This document shows positions 41,947-50,884 of a stretch of DNA of 64,000 nucleotides, one piece after another (the stretch's first letter is position 1; every line of letters begins with the position of its first letter). The translations under genes were made by a program, and so were the position numbers. This DNA comes from Flavobacteriales bacterium. Its GTDB lineage: Bacteria > Bacteroidota > Bacteroidia > Flavobacteriales_F > PHOS-HE28. A model generated the notes under the pieces. That model made no database searches. It was given only the letters and a program-made list of their open reading frames with translations, and had not been told where the DNA came from. The stretch is taken from NCBI GenBank assembly GCA_026129465.1, contig JAHCIA010000001.1, positions 2,181,964-2,245,963 on the forward strand, written 5' to 3'.

Positions 41947-44805
41947 ATGCTGTCGGCCCGCATTCGCTTCATCCCTCTTCTCTTTCCCCTCCTGCTGACC
42001 CGCGTCGGGCAGGCACAGGGCACGATCCAAGGCACCGTACTGGACAGCGCGGCACGCACGCCCATGGGCTTCGTGAACCTGGTGGCCACGCAGGTCGATG
42101 ACAGCACGCGCCGGACCGGCGGCATCACCGATGTGGAGGGCCGGTTCAGCGTGGGGCCATTGGCACCGGGGCGCTACCGTTTGAAAGCATCCTTCGTGGG
42201 CTACAAGCCGATGGACAGGGTGGTGGAGGTGGGCGTCGCCGCGACGGATCTCGGTTCGGTGACGATGACGAGCATCGCCATGCTGCTGCCCGAGGCCGAA
42301 GTGGAAGCGATGCGCGTGCGGGCGGAACAGAAGGGCGACACCACACAGTTCAACGCGGACGCTTACAAGACCGCGCCCGATGCCAGCGCTGAGGACCTGT
42401 TGAAGAAACTGCCGGGCGTGACGAGCGAAGGCGGCACCTTGAAGGTGCAGGGCGAGGAGGTAAGGCGTGTGCTGGTGGACGGCAAGGAGTTCTTCGGCGA
42501 GGATCCGAACCTGGCGTTGAAGAGTCTGCCCGCGGAGATCGTGGGGCGGATCCAGGTGTTCGAACAGCAGAGCGACCAGGCGCGCTTCACCGGATTCGAC
42601 GACGGCACCGGTGGCAAGGCGATCAACATCATCACAAGGCCCGGCATGGCGCATGGCGTCTTCGGCCGCGTGTATGCCGGTCACGATGCCACCGATCTGT
42701 ACAGCGCAGGAGGCAATGTGAACCTGATGCAGGGTCCGAGACGGATCACGCTGGTGGCCATGAGCAACAACATCAACCAGCAGAACTTCAGCGACCAGGA
42801 CCTGCTGGGCGTGACCGGCGAAGGAGAAACGCGCGGTGGCCGTGGCGGCGGCGGACGGGGCGGTGCGGGCATGCGCGGTGGGCGGCCCGGTGGCGGCGGT
42901 TCCGGCAATTTCATGGTCGGCCCACAGGGCGGCGTGGCCACCACACACGCCATAGGCCTCAACTATGGCGACAACTGGGGCAAGCGCACGGAGGTCGCCG
43001 GATCCTACTTCTTCAACATCTCCGAACGCGACCAGCGCACCGCTCTCGTGCGACAGCAGATCCTGCCCGGCGACAGCGGCCTGTTCTATTCCGAGGACCA
43101 ACGGCAGGACACGCGCAACGCCAACCACCGGCTCAACCTGCGCATCACCCACAAGGCCGACTCCGCCAACACCTTCATCTTCACCCCGCGCATCAGCCTG
43201 CAGGACAACCGATCGGACTCCCGCACCGACGGCCTCAACGCCTACCCTTCAGGACTGGTGGAAAGCAGCACGCTCAACATCAACACCAGCGACCGCGCGG
43301 GATGGAACGTCAGCAGTGGCCTGCTATGGCAGCACAGTTTCGCGAAGAAGGGCCGCACCTTCAGCGCGCAGGCCGACGTGGAGGCGAACGACCGCGCCGG
43401 CGACCGGCTGACGCGTTCGATCAACCTCTTCGACCTGCTCACCGACACCACGGTGCTGGACCGCTTCACGGACGATCTGGTCAGCGGCCACCGCCTGGGC
43501 GGCCGGCTCACCTGGACCGAACCGCTGGACGCGCTCCATACGCTGCAGCTGAACTACGCGCCCAGCTACACCGATGGCATCACGGACCGAACAGCCACCG
43601 CACCGGATCCCGAGACGGGCCTCTATACGCTGCTCGACACCAGCCTGAGCAACCGTTTCAGCAGCACCTTCGAGCGGCACCGCGGCGGCATATCCATGCG
43701 ACGCAACACGGAAAAGTGGATGTTGAATCTCGGCGTTGATGGGCAATACGCCGTGCTCACCGGCGACCGCGAATTCCCGACGGCCTTCGCCATCGGCCGC
43801 GCCTTCTACAACGCGCTGCCCAACGCCATGGTCACCTACACCCCGGCCAAGGGCACCAGCCTCCGATTCTTCTACCGCACCAGTACGCGCGAGCCTTCCA
43901 TCGACCAGTTGCAGGATGTGGTGGACATCAGCAATCCGCTCTTCCTGCGCACGGGCAACACCCTGTTGCTGCAGAGCTATTCGCACAACGTGTTCATGCG
44001 TTACGGGCGCACGCGGGCCGAGAAGGGCACCAGCTTTTTCGCCCTGGTGGGCGGCGGCGTCACACAGGACCACATCGGCACCAGCAGCATCGTGGCGCTC
44101 AACGCGCCGGTGGAAACGGGCGGCATCACCATTCCCGTGGGCGGCCAGTTGAGCAGGCCCGCCAATCTCGATGGCGCACGGAACCTGCGGGGCTTCTTCA
44201 CCTATGGCCTGCCGGTGAAGCGCCTCAAGAGCAACCTCAACTTCAACGGCAGCTACACCTTCAACCGGCTGCCCGCCTCGATCAACGGACAGGTGAACCT
44301 CGCCGACAACCATTCCCTGGGCCAGGGTGCCACGCTGGCCAGCAACATCAGCGAGCGCCTGGACTTCACCCTGGGTTATATGGTCAACCAGGGCTTCGTA
44401 CGCAACAGCATCCAGCAGGGCGCGGACAACGATTTCATCTCCACCACGGCGAACTTCCGCCTGCAATGGACCACGTTGAAGCACACCGTGCTGCGCAGCA
44501 ACATGGCCTACACGCGCTTCGACGGCCTGGCCGAGGGGATCGATGCGGACTATCTGCTGTGGAACGCCTCGCTCGGCTACAAGCTGTTGAAGGACCGCTC
44601 ACTGGAGATCTCCCTGCAGTGTTTCGACATCCTGGGACAGAACAACAGCATCGCGCGCAACATCACCGAGACCTGGATCGAGGACAGCCGCACCAACGTG
44701 CTGGGGCGCTATGTGATGCTGATGGTGACCTGGAACCTGCGCCATTTCAAGATGATGGCACCTGCGGAAGAGGGCGCCCCGGGCGGCGAACGTCGGCGTG
44801 ATTGA
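41947..44805 (+). CDS. Outer-membrane beta-barrel protein (TonB-dependent-receptor-like, CarboxypepD_reg N-terminus) with a Gly/Arg-rich insert.
   Basis: Start MLSARIRF. Motifs GTVLDSAARTPMGFVNL and a plug-like region. Long barrel with C-terminal WNLRHF. GGRGGGGRGGAGMRGGRPGGGG insert. Confidence 0.65.
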   Translation: MLSARIRFIPLLFPLLLTRVGQAQGTIQGTVLDSAARTPMGFVNLVATQVDDSTRRTGGITDVEGRFSVGPLAPGRYRLKASFVGYKPMDRVVEVGVAATDLGSVTMTSIAMLLPEAEVEAMRVRAEQKGDTTQFNADAYKTAPDASAEDLLKKLPGVTSEGGTLKVQGEEVRRVLVDGKEFFGEDPNLALKSLPAEIVGRIQVFEQQSDQARFTGFDDGTGGKAINIITRPGMAHGVFGRVYAGHDATDLYSAGGNVNLMQGPRRITLVAMSNNINQQNFSDQDLLGVTGEGETRGGRGGGGRGGAGMRGGRPGGGGSGNFMVGPQGGVATTHAIGLNYGDNWGKRTEVAGSYFFNISERDQRTALVRQQILPGDSGLFYSEDQRQDTRNANHRLNLRITHKADSANTFIFTPRISLQDNRSDSRTDGLNAYPSGLVESSTLNINTSDRAGWNVSSGLLWQHSFAKKGRTFSAQADVEANDRAGDRLTRSINLFDLLTDTTVLDRFTDDLVSGHRLGGRLTWTEPLDALHTLQLNYAPSYTDGITDRTATAPDPETGLYTLLDTSLSNRFSSTFERHRGGISMRRNTEKWMLNLGVDGQYAVLTGDREFPTAFAIGRAFYNALPNAMVTYTPAKGTSLRFFYRTSTREPSIDQLQDVVDISNPLFLRTGNTLLLQSYSHNVFMRYGRTRAEKGTSFFALVGGGVTQDHIGTSSIVALNAPVETGGITIPVGGQLSRPANLDGARNLRGFFTYGLPVKRLKSNLNFNGSYTFNRLPASINGQVNLADNHSLGQGATLASNISERLDFTLGYMVNQGFVRNSIQQGADNDFISTTANFRLQWTTLKHTVLRSNMAYTRFDGLAEGIDADYLLWNASLGYKLLKDRSLEISLQCFDILGQNNSIARNITETWIEDSRTNVLGRYVMLMVTWNLRHFKMMAPAEEGAPGGERRRD

Positions 44806-44832
44806 TCACGGCCCTTCTATCTTCAGATCGGC

Positions 44833-45618
44833 ATGAACGGCAACATCCTCGCCGACAAAGGCACCCGCCTCTTCCTCATCCTCGGCGGCTTCTTCGCGGC
44901 CAACGCGCTTATCGCCGAGATGATCGGCGTGAAGCTCTTCCAACTGGAGGACCTGCTGGGCATGGCCAGGGCCGACTTCAGCCTGCTGGGCCAGGAGCAC
45001 CTGAGCTTCGTGCTCAGCGTGGGTGTGCTGCCCTGGCCCATCGTGTTCATCATGACCGATGTGGTGAACGATTACTACGGCGTGCGTGGCGTTCGCTTCC
45101 TCACCCTGCTCACCGTGGTGCTCATCACCTTCATGTTCGCCGTGCTCTTCCTCGCCATCCACATGCCGCCGGACCAGGGTTGGTGGCTCACCAGCAGCGC
45201 ACAGAACGGTGTGCCCGACATGCAGGCGGCCTTCGCGGCCATTTTCGGGCAGGGCATGAACATCATCATCGGCTCGCTCACCGCCTTCGTCATCGGCCAG
45301 TTGGTGGACGCACTGGTGTTCCGCCGGATCAAGCGGATCACCGGGGACAAGCGCATCTGGCTGCGCGCCACCGGCAGCACGGTGGTGAGCCAGTTCATCG
45401 ACAGCATCGTGGTCACCTACGTGGCCTTCTGGATCTTCCGCGACATGAGCTTCGCGATGGCGACCGCACTGGCGCTGACGGCCTATGCCTACAAATTCGT
45501 GGTGGCCATCCTCAGCACGCCGCTGATCTACGCGGCGCATTGGGGCATCGAACGCTACCTGGGGAAGGAGCGTGCGCAGGCCATGCGCGCGGAAGCACTC
45601 AGAAGCCGGAACGACTGA
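44833..45618 (+). CDS. YhhQ/DUF165-family membrane protein (queuosine-precursor transporter family).
   Basis: Six to seven TM helices. Conserved FIMTDVVNDYYG and SQFIDS motifs. Confidence 0.65.
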   Translation: MNGNILADKGTRLFLILGGFFAANALIAEMIGVKLFQLEDLLGMARADFSLLGQEHLSFVLSVGVLPWPIVFIMTDVVNDYYGVRGVRFLTLLTVVLITFMFAVLFLAIHMPPDQGWWLTSSAQNGVPDMQAAFAAIFGQGMNIIIGSLTAFVIGQLVDALVFRRIKRITGDKRIWLRATGSTVVSQFIDSIVVTYVAFWIFRDMSFAMATALALTAYAYKFVVAILSTPLIYAAHWGIERYLGKERAQAMRAEALRSRND

Positions 45619-45630
45619 ACTGCAACGGGC

Positions 45631-46611
45631 TCAGCCGGGGGTCTCCCACTTCACCACGCTGTTGTCCACAGGGGGCAGCTTGCGCAGGTAGTCGTAGATC
45701 GCCCCCAGGTCCTCGTCGGTCATGGTGGCGTACATCACCCAGGGCATCACGGTCTGGAACTCGGCCTTCTCCCAATTGATACGGTGCGGCACGAAGCTGC
45801 TGTCCGCGTACATCTTGAAGCGGTCGATGAACTGTTGCTTGCTCCAGTTGCCGATGCCGGTCTCGTGCGGGGTGATGTTCGGCGAGCGCAGCGTGGCACC
45901 ATTGGGGAAGGTGAAGGCGAAGCCGCCGGCGAATGGTTCACCCAAGCGCTCGCCCTTCTCCATCCGCGTGTGGCACTCGATGCAGGAAGCCGCGTTGGTG
46001 AGGTACTCGCCGTAGCTGGGGTCGGTGGGTTTGGGCAGTGGGCGCGGGTTCGCCGGCTGGGGCACGGTGCGCATGATCAGGTTCACCGGAAAGTCCAGCT
46101 CGCTGGCCGGATAGGGCTCCGAGGCGATGGGCTCCAGGGAGCGCAGGTAGGCGATCAGGCTGTAGACATCCTCCGTGGCGAGCTGGTTGTAGTTCGGGTA
46201 GGGCATCACCGGGAAGAAGGGATGGCCGTCCTTGCTCACGCCGCTGGTGATGGCCCGGTAGATCTCGCCATCGCTCCAATCCTTCAGCGCGAAGGGTGTG
46301 ATGTTGCGGGAGTAGAACTCGCCGGGGAAGTTCATGGTGCGATCGAACTTCTCACCGCCGGCGCCCATGGTCTCCACCTTGGGCGGTGCGGCGAAGAGGT
46401 CCCAATCGCGCTGCGCATGGCAGTCCATGCACACGCACACGCTGTTGGCCAGGTAGCGGCCGCGCTCGATGCGTTCGGGGGTGAGGTCCACCCGCAGATC
46501 GGCCGGTGCGGCCACATTGGGCAATGCGAAGGAGACATAGGCGATGGCGCCGCCGACCGTGAGCACAATGAGCAGGAGCAGCACGCCGAGGATCTTCAGC
46601 AACTTCTTCAT
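45631..46611 (-). CDS. Membrane-anchored diheme c-type cytochrome.
   Basis: Start MKKLLKIL at 46611 with a TM anchor. Two CxxCH motifs (CMDCH, CIECH). Confidence 0.65.
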   Translation of the reverse strand: MKKLLKILGVLLLLIVLTVGGAIAYVSFALPNVAAPADLRVDLTPERIERGRYLANSVCVCMDCHAQRDWDLFAAPPKVETMGAGGEKFDRTMNFPGEFYSRNITPFALKDWSDGEIYRAITSGVSKDGHPFFPVMPYPNYNQLATEDVYSLIAYLRSLEPIASEPYPASELDFPVNLIMRTVPQPANPRPLPKPTDPSYGEYLTNAASCIECHTRMEKGERLGEPFAGGFAFTFPNGATLRSPNITPHETGIGNWSKQQFIDRFKMYADSSFVPHRINWEKAEFQTVMPWVMYATMTDEDLGAIYDYLRKLPPVDNSVVKWETPG

Positions 46612-46711
46612 GGTGACAGGGGTTTGGTGATAGGGACTTGTCTGTGACGCCGGTAACCTAATCAAGTTACAGCCCTTCGACCAACCCCATGATCCCGAAC
46701 TTCGCAAGGCC

Positions 46712-46888
46712 ATGGCCAAGCGCAAGCGCATCACCCGCCAAGCGTTGGACGCCATCGAGCGGGCCGCCAAGCGCCAGGCGCAAAAGGATGCCGGCGCGCT
46801 GGACGGGCGCTACAGGCCGCGCGTGGTGCCCAGCGGGCGGCGCTACACCCGCAAGGGCCGCAAGGGGCGTGGCCCGGAGGAGGCTTGA
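46712..46888 (+). CDS. Small (58 aa) highly basic hypothetical protein (MAKRKRITRQALDAIERAAKRQ...). It is below the 60-aa ORF-track cutoff.
   Basis: Intergenic open frame with ATG start. Lys/Arg-rich. No homolog recognised. Confidence 0.25.
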   Translation: MAKRKRITRQALDAIERAAKRQAQKDAGALDGRYRPRVVPSGRRYTRKGRKGRGPEEA

Positions 46889-46972
46889 GATCCTGCTGGA
46901 TCACAAGGTTGGCGTACAGCGGGCATCCCAGCGGCCCGGCCCGCGTTCGGCCGGGGCGTACATTCGGCGGCC

Positions 46973-48067
46973 ATGCTCCGCTCCCGCGTCATCCTGCTGT
47001 CCATCCTGGCCTCGCTGGCCGTGCTGGGCGCCTGCCGCCGGGAACCCGCCTTGCCACCGGTGAACAACGACCCCGCCGCCGGAGTGGTCTTCGATCCCGC
47101 ACAGGTGCCCTACCCGGTCCTTTCGGCCTACGCCTTCTTCACCGGCCCCCTGGCATCGTTGCAGCCCAACAGCGGCGTCCTGCCCTACACGGTGATCGAT
47201 GCGCTCTTCAGCGACTATGCGAAGAAAGAGCGCCACGTGTGGATGCCCCCCGGGGTTCGGGCAACGTGGGAGGGTGAAGCGGACGTCTTGGGATTCAGCG
47301 ACGGCACCGTGCTGCTCAAGACCTTCTACTACGACGACGTCCTCCCCGCCAACAGCCGCCGCATTGTGGAAACACGCCTCATGTACCGCCTCGATGGGGA
47401 ATGGCATTTCGCCAACTACGTGTGGAACGCGCAACAGACCGAGGCTTTACTGGACATGTCCGGATCGGTGACCGCCATCGACTGGGTGGATGAAGGCGGC
47501 ATCACGCGGCATGTGGACTACCGGATCCCCGCCGAGCCCGAATGCCGCGCCTGCCACAAGGCCCATGGCGAGTTCATCCCCATCGGCCCCAAGCCCCGCA
47601 ACCTGGCCACCACCTACCCCTATGCCGACGGCGAGGCGCAGCAATTGCCGCGCTGGGTGCAGACCGGCTATCTCGATCCCGCGCACCCCGCGGTGACCAG
47701 CCCCCTGCCCCGATGGGACGACCCTGCCGTGGACCTGACCGAGCGCGTGCGCGCTTACCTGGAGATCAACTGCGCGCACTGCCATTCGGCCAGCGGCTAC
47801 TGCAACTTCAGGCCGATGCGCTTCGCCTGGGAGGAGACCACCGAACCGGAGAACCTCGGCATCTGCGTAACACCGCACGACCCCATCGAACCCTGGCTGT
47901 CGCACATCATCTCGCGCGGCCGACCCGACCGGTCGATGGTCTCACACCGCATGACCTCCACCGCCGTGGAGGTGCGCATGCCCATCCTCGGCCGCACTTT
48001 GCAGCACGAGGAAGGCGTGGCATTGATCGACGCTTGGATCGACAGTCTGGAACCCACCTGCCCTTGA
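46973..48067 (+). CDS. Lipoprotein with two CxxCH heme-binding motifs; putative diheme c-type cytochrome.
   Basis: Lipobox LAVLGAC. Motifs CRACHKAHG and CAHCHSASG. Confidence 0.5.
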   Translation: MLRSRVILLSILASLAVLGACRREPALPPVNNDPAAGVVFDPAQVPYPVLSAYAFFTGPLASLQPNSGVLPYTVIDALFSDYAKKERHVWMPPGVRATWEGEADVLGFSDGTVLLKTFYYDDVLPANSRRIVETRLMYRLDGEWHFANYVWNAQQTEALLDMSGSVTAIDWVDEGGITRHVDYRIPAEPECRACHKAHGEFIPIGPKPRNLATTYPYADGEAQQLPRWVQTGYLDPAHPAVTSPLPRWDDPAVDLTERVRAYLEINCAHCHSASGYCNFRPMRFAWEETTEPENLGICVTPHDPIEPWLSHIISRGRPDRSMVSHRMTSTAVEVRMPILGRTLQHEEGVALIDAWIDSLEPTCP

Positions 48068-48079
48068 ACCCCCGGAACC

Positions 48080-50059
48080 ATGAAACACCTCCTACCCCTG
48101 CTTCTGCTGATTTCCGCCACGCAATGGCTCCATGGCCAGAACACCTGCAACACGGCCCTGCCGGTGGAGGTGGGCACCTACGTGGTGCCGGGCATCGATG
48201 GTGATCCACCCATCCCCTCCTGCATCGGTGGGGGCAACGCCAACAACGGCGAGTGGTACGTCTTCTGGTCCACCGCCAACCAGAACCTGGTGGTGTCCAG
48301 CGACCTGCCCGGCAATGGCAACGTGGACACCCGCGTGCAGATCTACATCGGTGCCTGCGGTGCGCTCAGTTGCGTAGGCGGGGATGACGACGGCGGTACG
48401 GGCTTCCTGAGCCACGTGACCGTGCCGGTGAACGCCAACACCCTGTACTACATCGTCTGGGACAATCGCTACTCCTCCGCCGGTTTCTCCTTCTCCGTAA
48501 GCGTGGGCTCACAACCCCCGCCGGCCAATGGGCCCACCTTCACCGCGCAACCCGGCTTCACCGGCAGTTCGCCGCTGGCCATCGTGGACATGAACGGCGA
48601 CCACCTGGACGACGTGGTGATCGTGGGGTCCAACTTCGTGATCATGCACCACCAACAGCCCGGCGGCGGCTTCCTCCCGGTCAACATCCCCACGCCGCCC
48701 GCCCTGCACACCCCGAGTTGGAGCCTGGCCGCGGGCGACCTCACCGGCAATGGCCGCAACGACCTGATGTACGGCGGTGGCCAGGGCGTGTCGTTCATGT
48801 TCCAGAACGCATCGGGCACGGGCTTCACCCATCAGGGTTTCCCGCAGTACATCTTCAGCCAGCGCACCAACATGGTTGACCTGAACAACGATGGGCTTCT
48901 CGATGCCTTCGTGTGCCACGATGTGGACGCGAACGTGTACTTCCTCAATGGCGTCCAGGGCACACCCGGCATCCTCACCTACTACCAGGGCGGCATGGGA
49001 AGCACCTGCGGCAACTACGGATCGATCTTCACCGATGTGGACAACGACGGGCTGGTGGACTGCTTCGTGGCCAAGTGCGGCTGCGACCCGGTGGACCTGA
49101 TGATGCTCAACAACGGCAACCTCTCCTGGACGAACATCGCGGCGCCCAATGGCATGGCGGACAACCACCAGAGCTGGAGCAGCGCCTGGGGCGATTTCGA
49201 CAACGACGGCGACATGGACGTGCTGATCGGCAGCAGCTCCAGCAACTACCACAAGCTGATGCGCAACAACGGCAACGGCACCTTCACCAATGTCACCGCC
49301 GGATCGGGCTTCGACGCCTTCCTGGGCACCTCCATCGAGTGGACCACGCATGACTTCGACAACGATGGCTTCCTGGACATCATGGGCGGTGGCCGCCTGA
49401 TGATGGGCAACGGCGATCTCACCTTCAACCTGCGCCCGGGCAACATCAGCAACGGACCCATCGGCGACCTGAACAACGATGGTTTCCTCGACTACACCAA
49501 CGGCACCACGGCCTACTTCAACAACGGCAACGACAACCACTGGCTGAAGGTGGTGACGGTGGGCACGGTGAGCAATATCAACGGCATAGGCGCCCGTGTG
49601 GAGGTCCTCACCGCCCAGGGCATGCAGATCCGCGACATCCGCAGCGGCGACGGCTTCAAATTCATGAGCAGCCTCACGGGCCATTTCGGTCTTGGGCAGG
49701 CCACGCAGATCGAACAGGTGACCGTGTACTGGCCCTCGGGTATCGTGCAGACCATCCACGAACCGGCCATCGACCAGATGCTGGTGATCGTGGAGGGCGT
49801 GGGCACCGACGTGACGGGTATCTCCGCGGAAGAGACCCTGGGCCTGTATCCCAATCCCACCGGTCAGTGGATCGGCTGGAACGATCGACTCGACCTCGGC
49901 GGTGGCCGCATGCGCATCCTGGATGCCGCCGGACAGATCGTACTGGAGGGCTCCATCGCCACCACGCAGGTGGACGTGTCCTCCCTGCCCGCCGGCGTGT
50001 ACCTCTTCCGTGCGGAGAAGGAAGGCCGCGTGCTGATCGAGCGCTTCGTGAAACGCTGA
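48080..50059 (+). CDS. FG-GAP/VCBS-repeat protein with an ASPIC/UnbV domain (CRTAC1-like) and a T9SS C-terminal sorting domain.
   Basis: Signal peptide. DxNxDGxxD FG-GAP repeats. UnbV-like region NHWLKVVTVG...GARVEV...SGDGF. CTD LGLYPNPTGQWIGW...GVYLFRAEKEG. Confidence 0.75.
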   Translation: MKHLLPLLLLISATQWLHGQNTCNTALPVEVGTYVVPGIDGDPPIPSCIGGGNANNGEWYVFWSTANQNLVVSSDLPGNGNVDTRVQIYIGACGALSCVGGDDDGGTGFLSHVTVPVNANTLYYIVWDNRYSSAGFSFSVSVGSQPPPANGPTFTAQPGFTGSSPLAIVDMNGDHLDDVVIVGSNFVIMHHQQPGGGFLPVNIPTPPALHTPSWSLAAGDLTGNGRNDLMYGGGQGVSFMFQNASGTGFTHQGFPQYIFSQRTNMVDLNNDGLLDAFVCHDVDANVYFLNGVQGTPGILTYYQGGMGSTCGNYGSIFTDVDNDGLVDCFVAKCGCDPVDLMMLNNGNLSWTNIAAPNGMADNHQSWSSAWGDFDNDGDMDVLIGSSSSNYHKLMRNNGNGTFTNVTAGSGFDAFLGTSIEWTTHDFDNDGFLDIMGGGRLMMGNGDLTFNLRPGNISNGPIGDLNNDGFLDYTNGTTAYFNNGNDNHWLKVVTVGTVSNINGIGARVEVLTAQGMQIRDIRSGDGFKFMSSLTGHFGLGQATQIEQVTVYWPSGIVQTIHEPAIDQMLVIVEGVGTDVTGISAEETLGLYPNPTGQWIGWNDRLDLGGGRMRILDAAGQIVLEGSIATTQVDVSSLPAGVYLFRAEKEGRVLIERFVKR

Positions 50060-50073
50060 GGGGCGTCCCCGCT

Positions 50074-50775
50074 TCAGCGCAAGCCGGCACCCCTGGTGAG
50101 ACCTCCGCCCGTGCCTGTGCCTCCGCTATTGCCGCCCTGTCCGGTGGTGCCGCCGCGGGTGCCACCCACTTGATGGATGGCTTGCCGCGGTCCGGGACCG
50201 TCGCCGCCGGTGTGGCGACCATCGCGGGTGCGCGTGGTGCCGGGACGTGGTGCGCCCGCGCCGCTGGAAGCGGAACGAACACCGCGGGTCTCCTTGTCGA
50301 CCTTGACAGGTGCCGGGGAAACCGCCTCCTGGATATACCGCTGTGGGCAATCCACCATCACCTGCGAGCGGCGAACCCCCACCACGGCGCATCCCGTGGC
50401 CTCGTTGCCCAGCGCATCGCGCACGGTGATGCACACGCCGTTCAGGTCGCGCTTGTCATCGATCAGTCGATAGGGCGGCACACCGCCCACCACATGCCAG
50501 CTGATCCGCGAAGGGGTCGCCACCACCCCTTGGTCGGCACCCACCCCGGTGATGTGGCGGCCTGCACGTGCGCCGTCCGCGGCACGCCATGCACCGGTAC
50601 CAACGACCCACGTCCGGTCATGGGGTTGGATGGGCTGATCCACGATCCATAGCTGGCCGTTGCAGTCGGCCACGTACACCACCAAATGCATGTCGCTCGC
50701 GTTCACCACCACCTGCATGGCGCGTAGTCCGGTGGCGATCATCAGGGCGGCGGCGGAAAGGAGCAGGAAACGCAT
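50074..50775 (-). CDS. Hypothetical secreted protein with a Gly/Thr-rich C-terminal tail.
   Basis: Start MRFLLLSAAALMIATGLRA at 50775. Confidence 0.4.
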   Translation of the reverse strand: MRFLLLSAAALMIATGLRAMQVVVNASDMHLVVYVADCNGQLWIVDQPIQPHDRTWVVGTGAWRAADGARAGRHITGVGADQGVVATPSRISWHVVGGVPPYRLIDDKRDLNGVCITVRDALGNEATGCAVVGVRRSQVMVDCPQRYIQEAVSPAPVKVDKETRGVRSASSGAGAPRPGTTRTRDGRHTGGDGPGPRQAIHQVGGTRGGTTGQGGNSGGTGTGGGLTRGAGLR

Positions 50776-50884
50776 GGCGGAACAGGGCATTGGTGGATGG
50801 AAGGTAGCACCTCGGTCCAAGGTCCACGTGGCAACAAGTATCATACCCATCACCACCTTCCACAGCCTCTTACCTTCGGAACCC

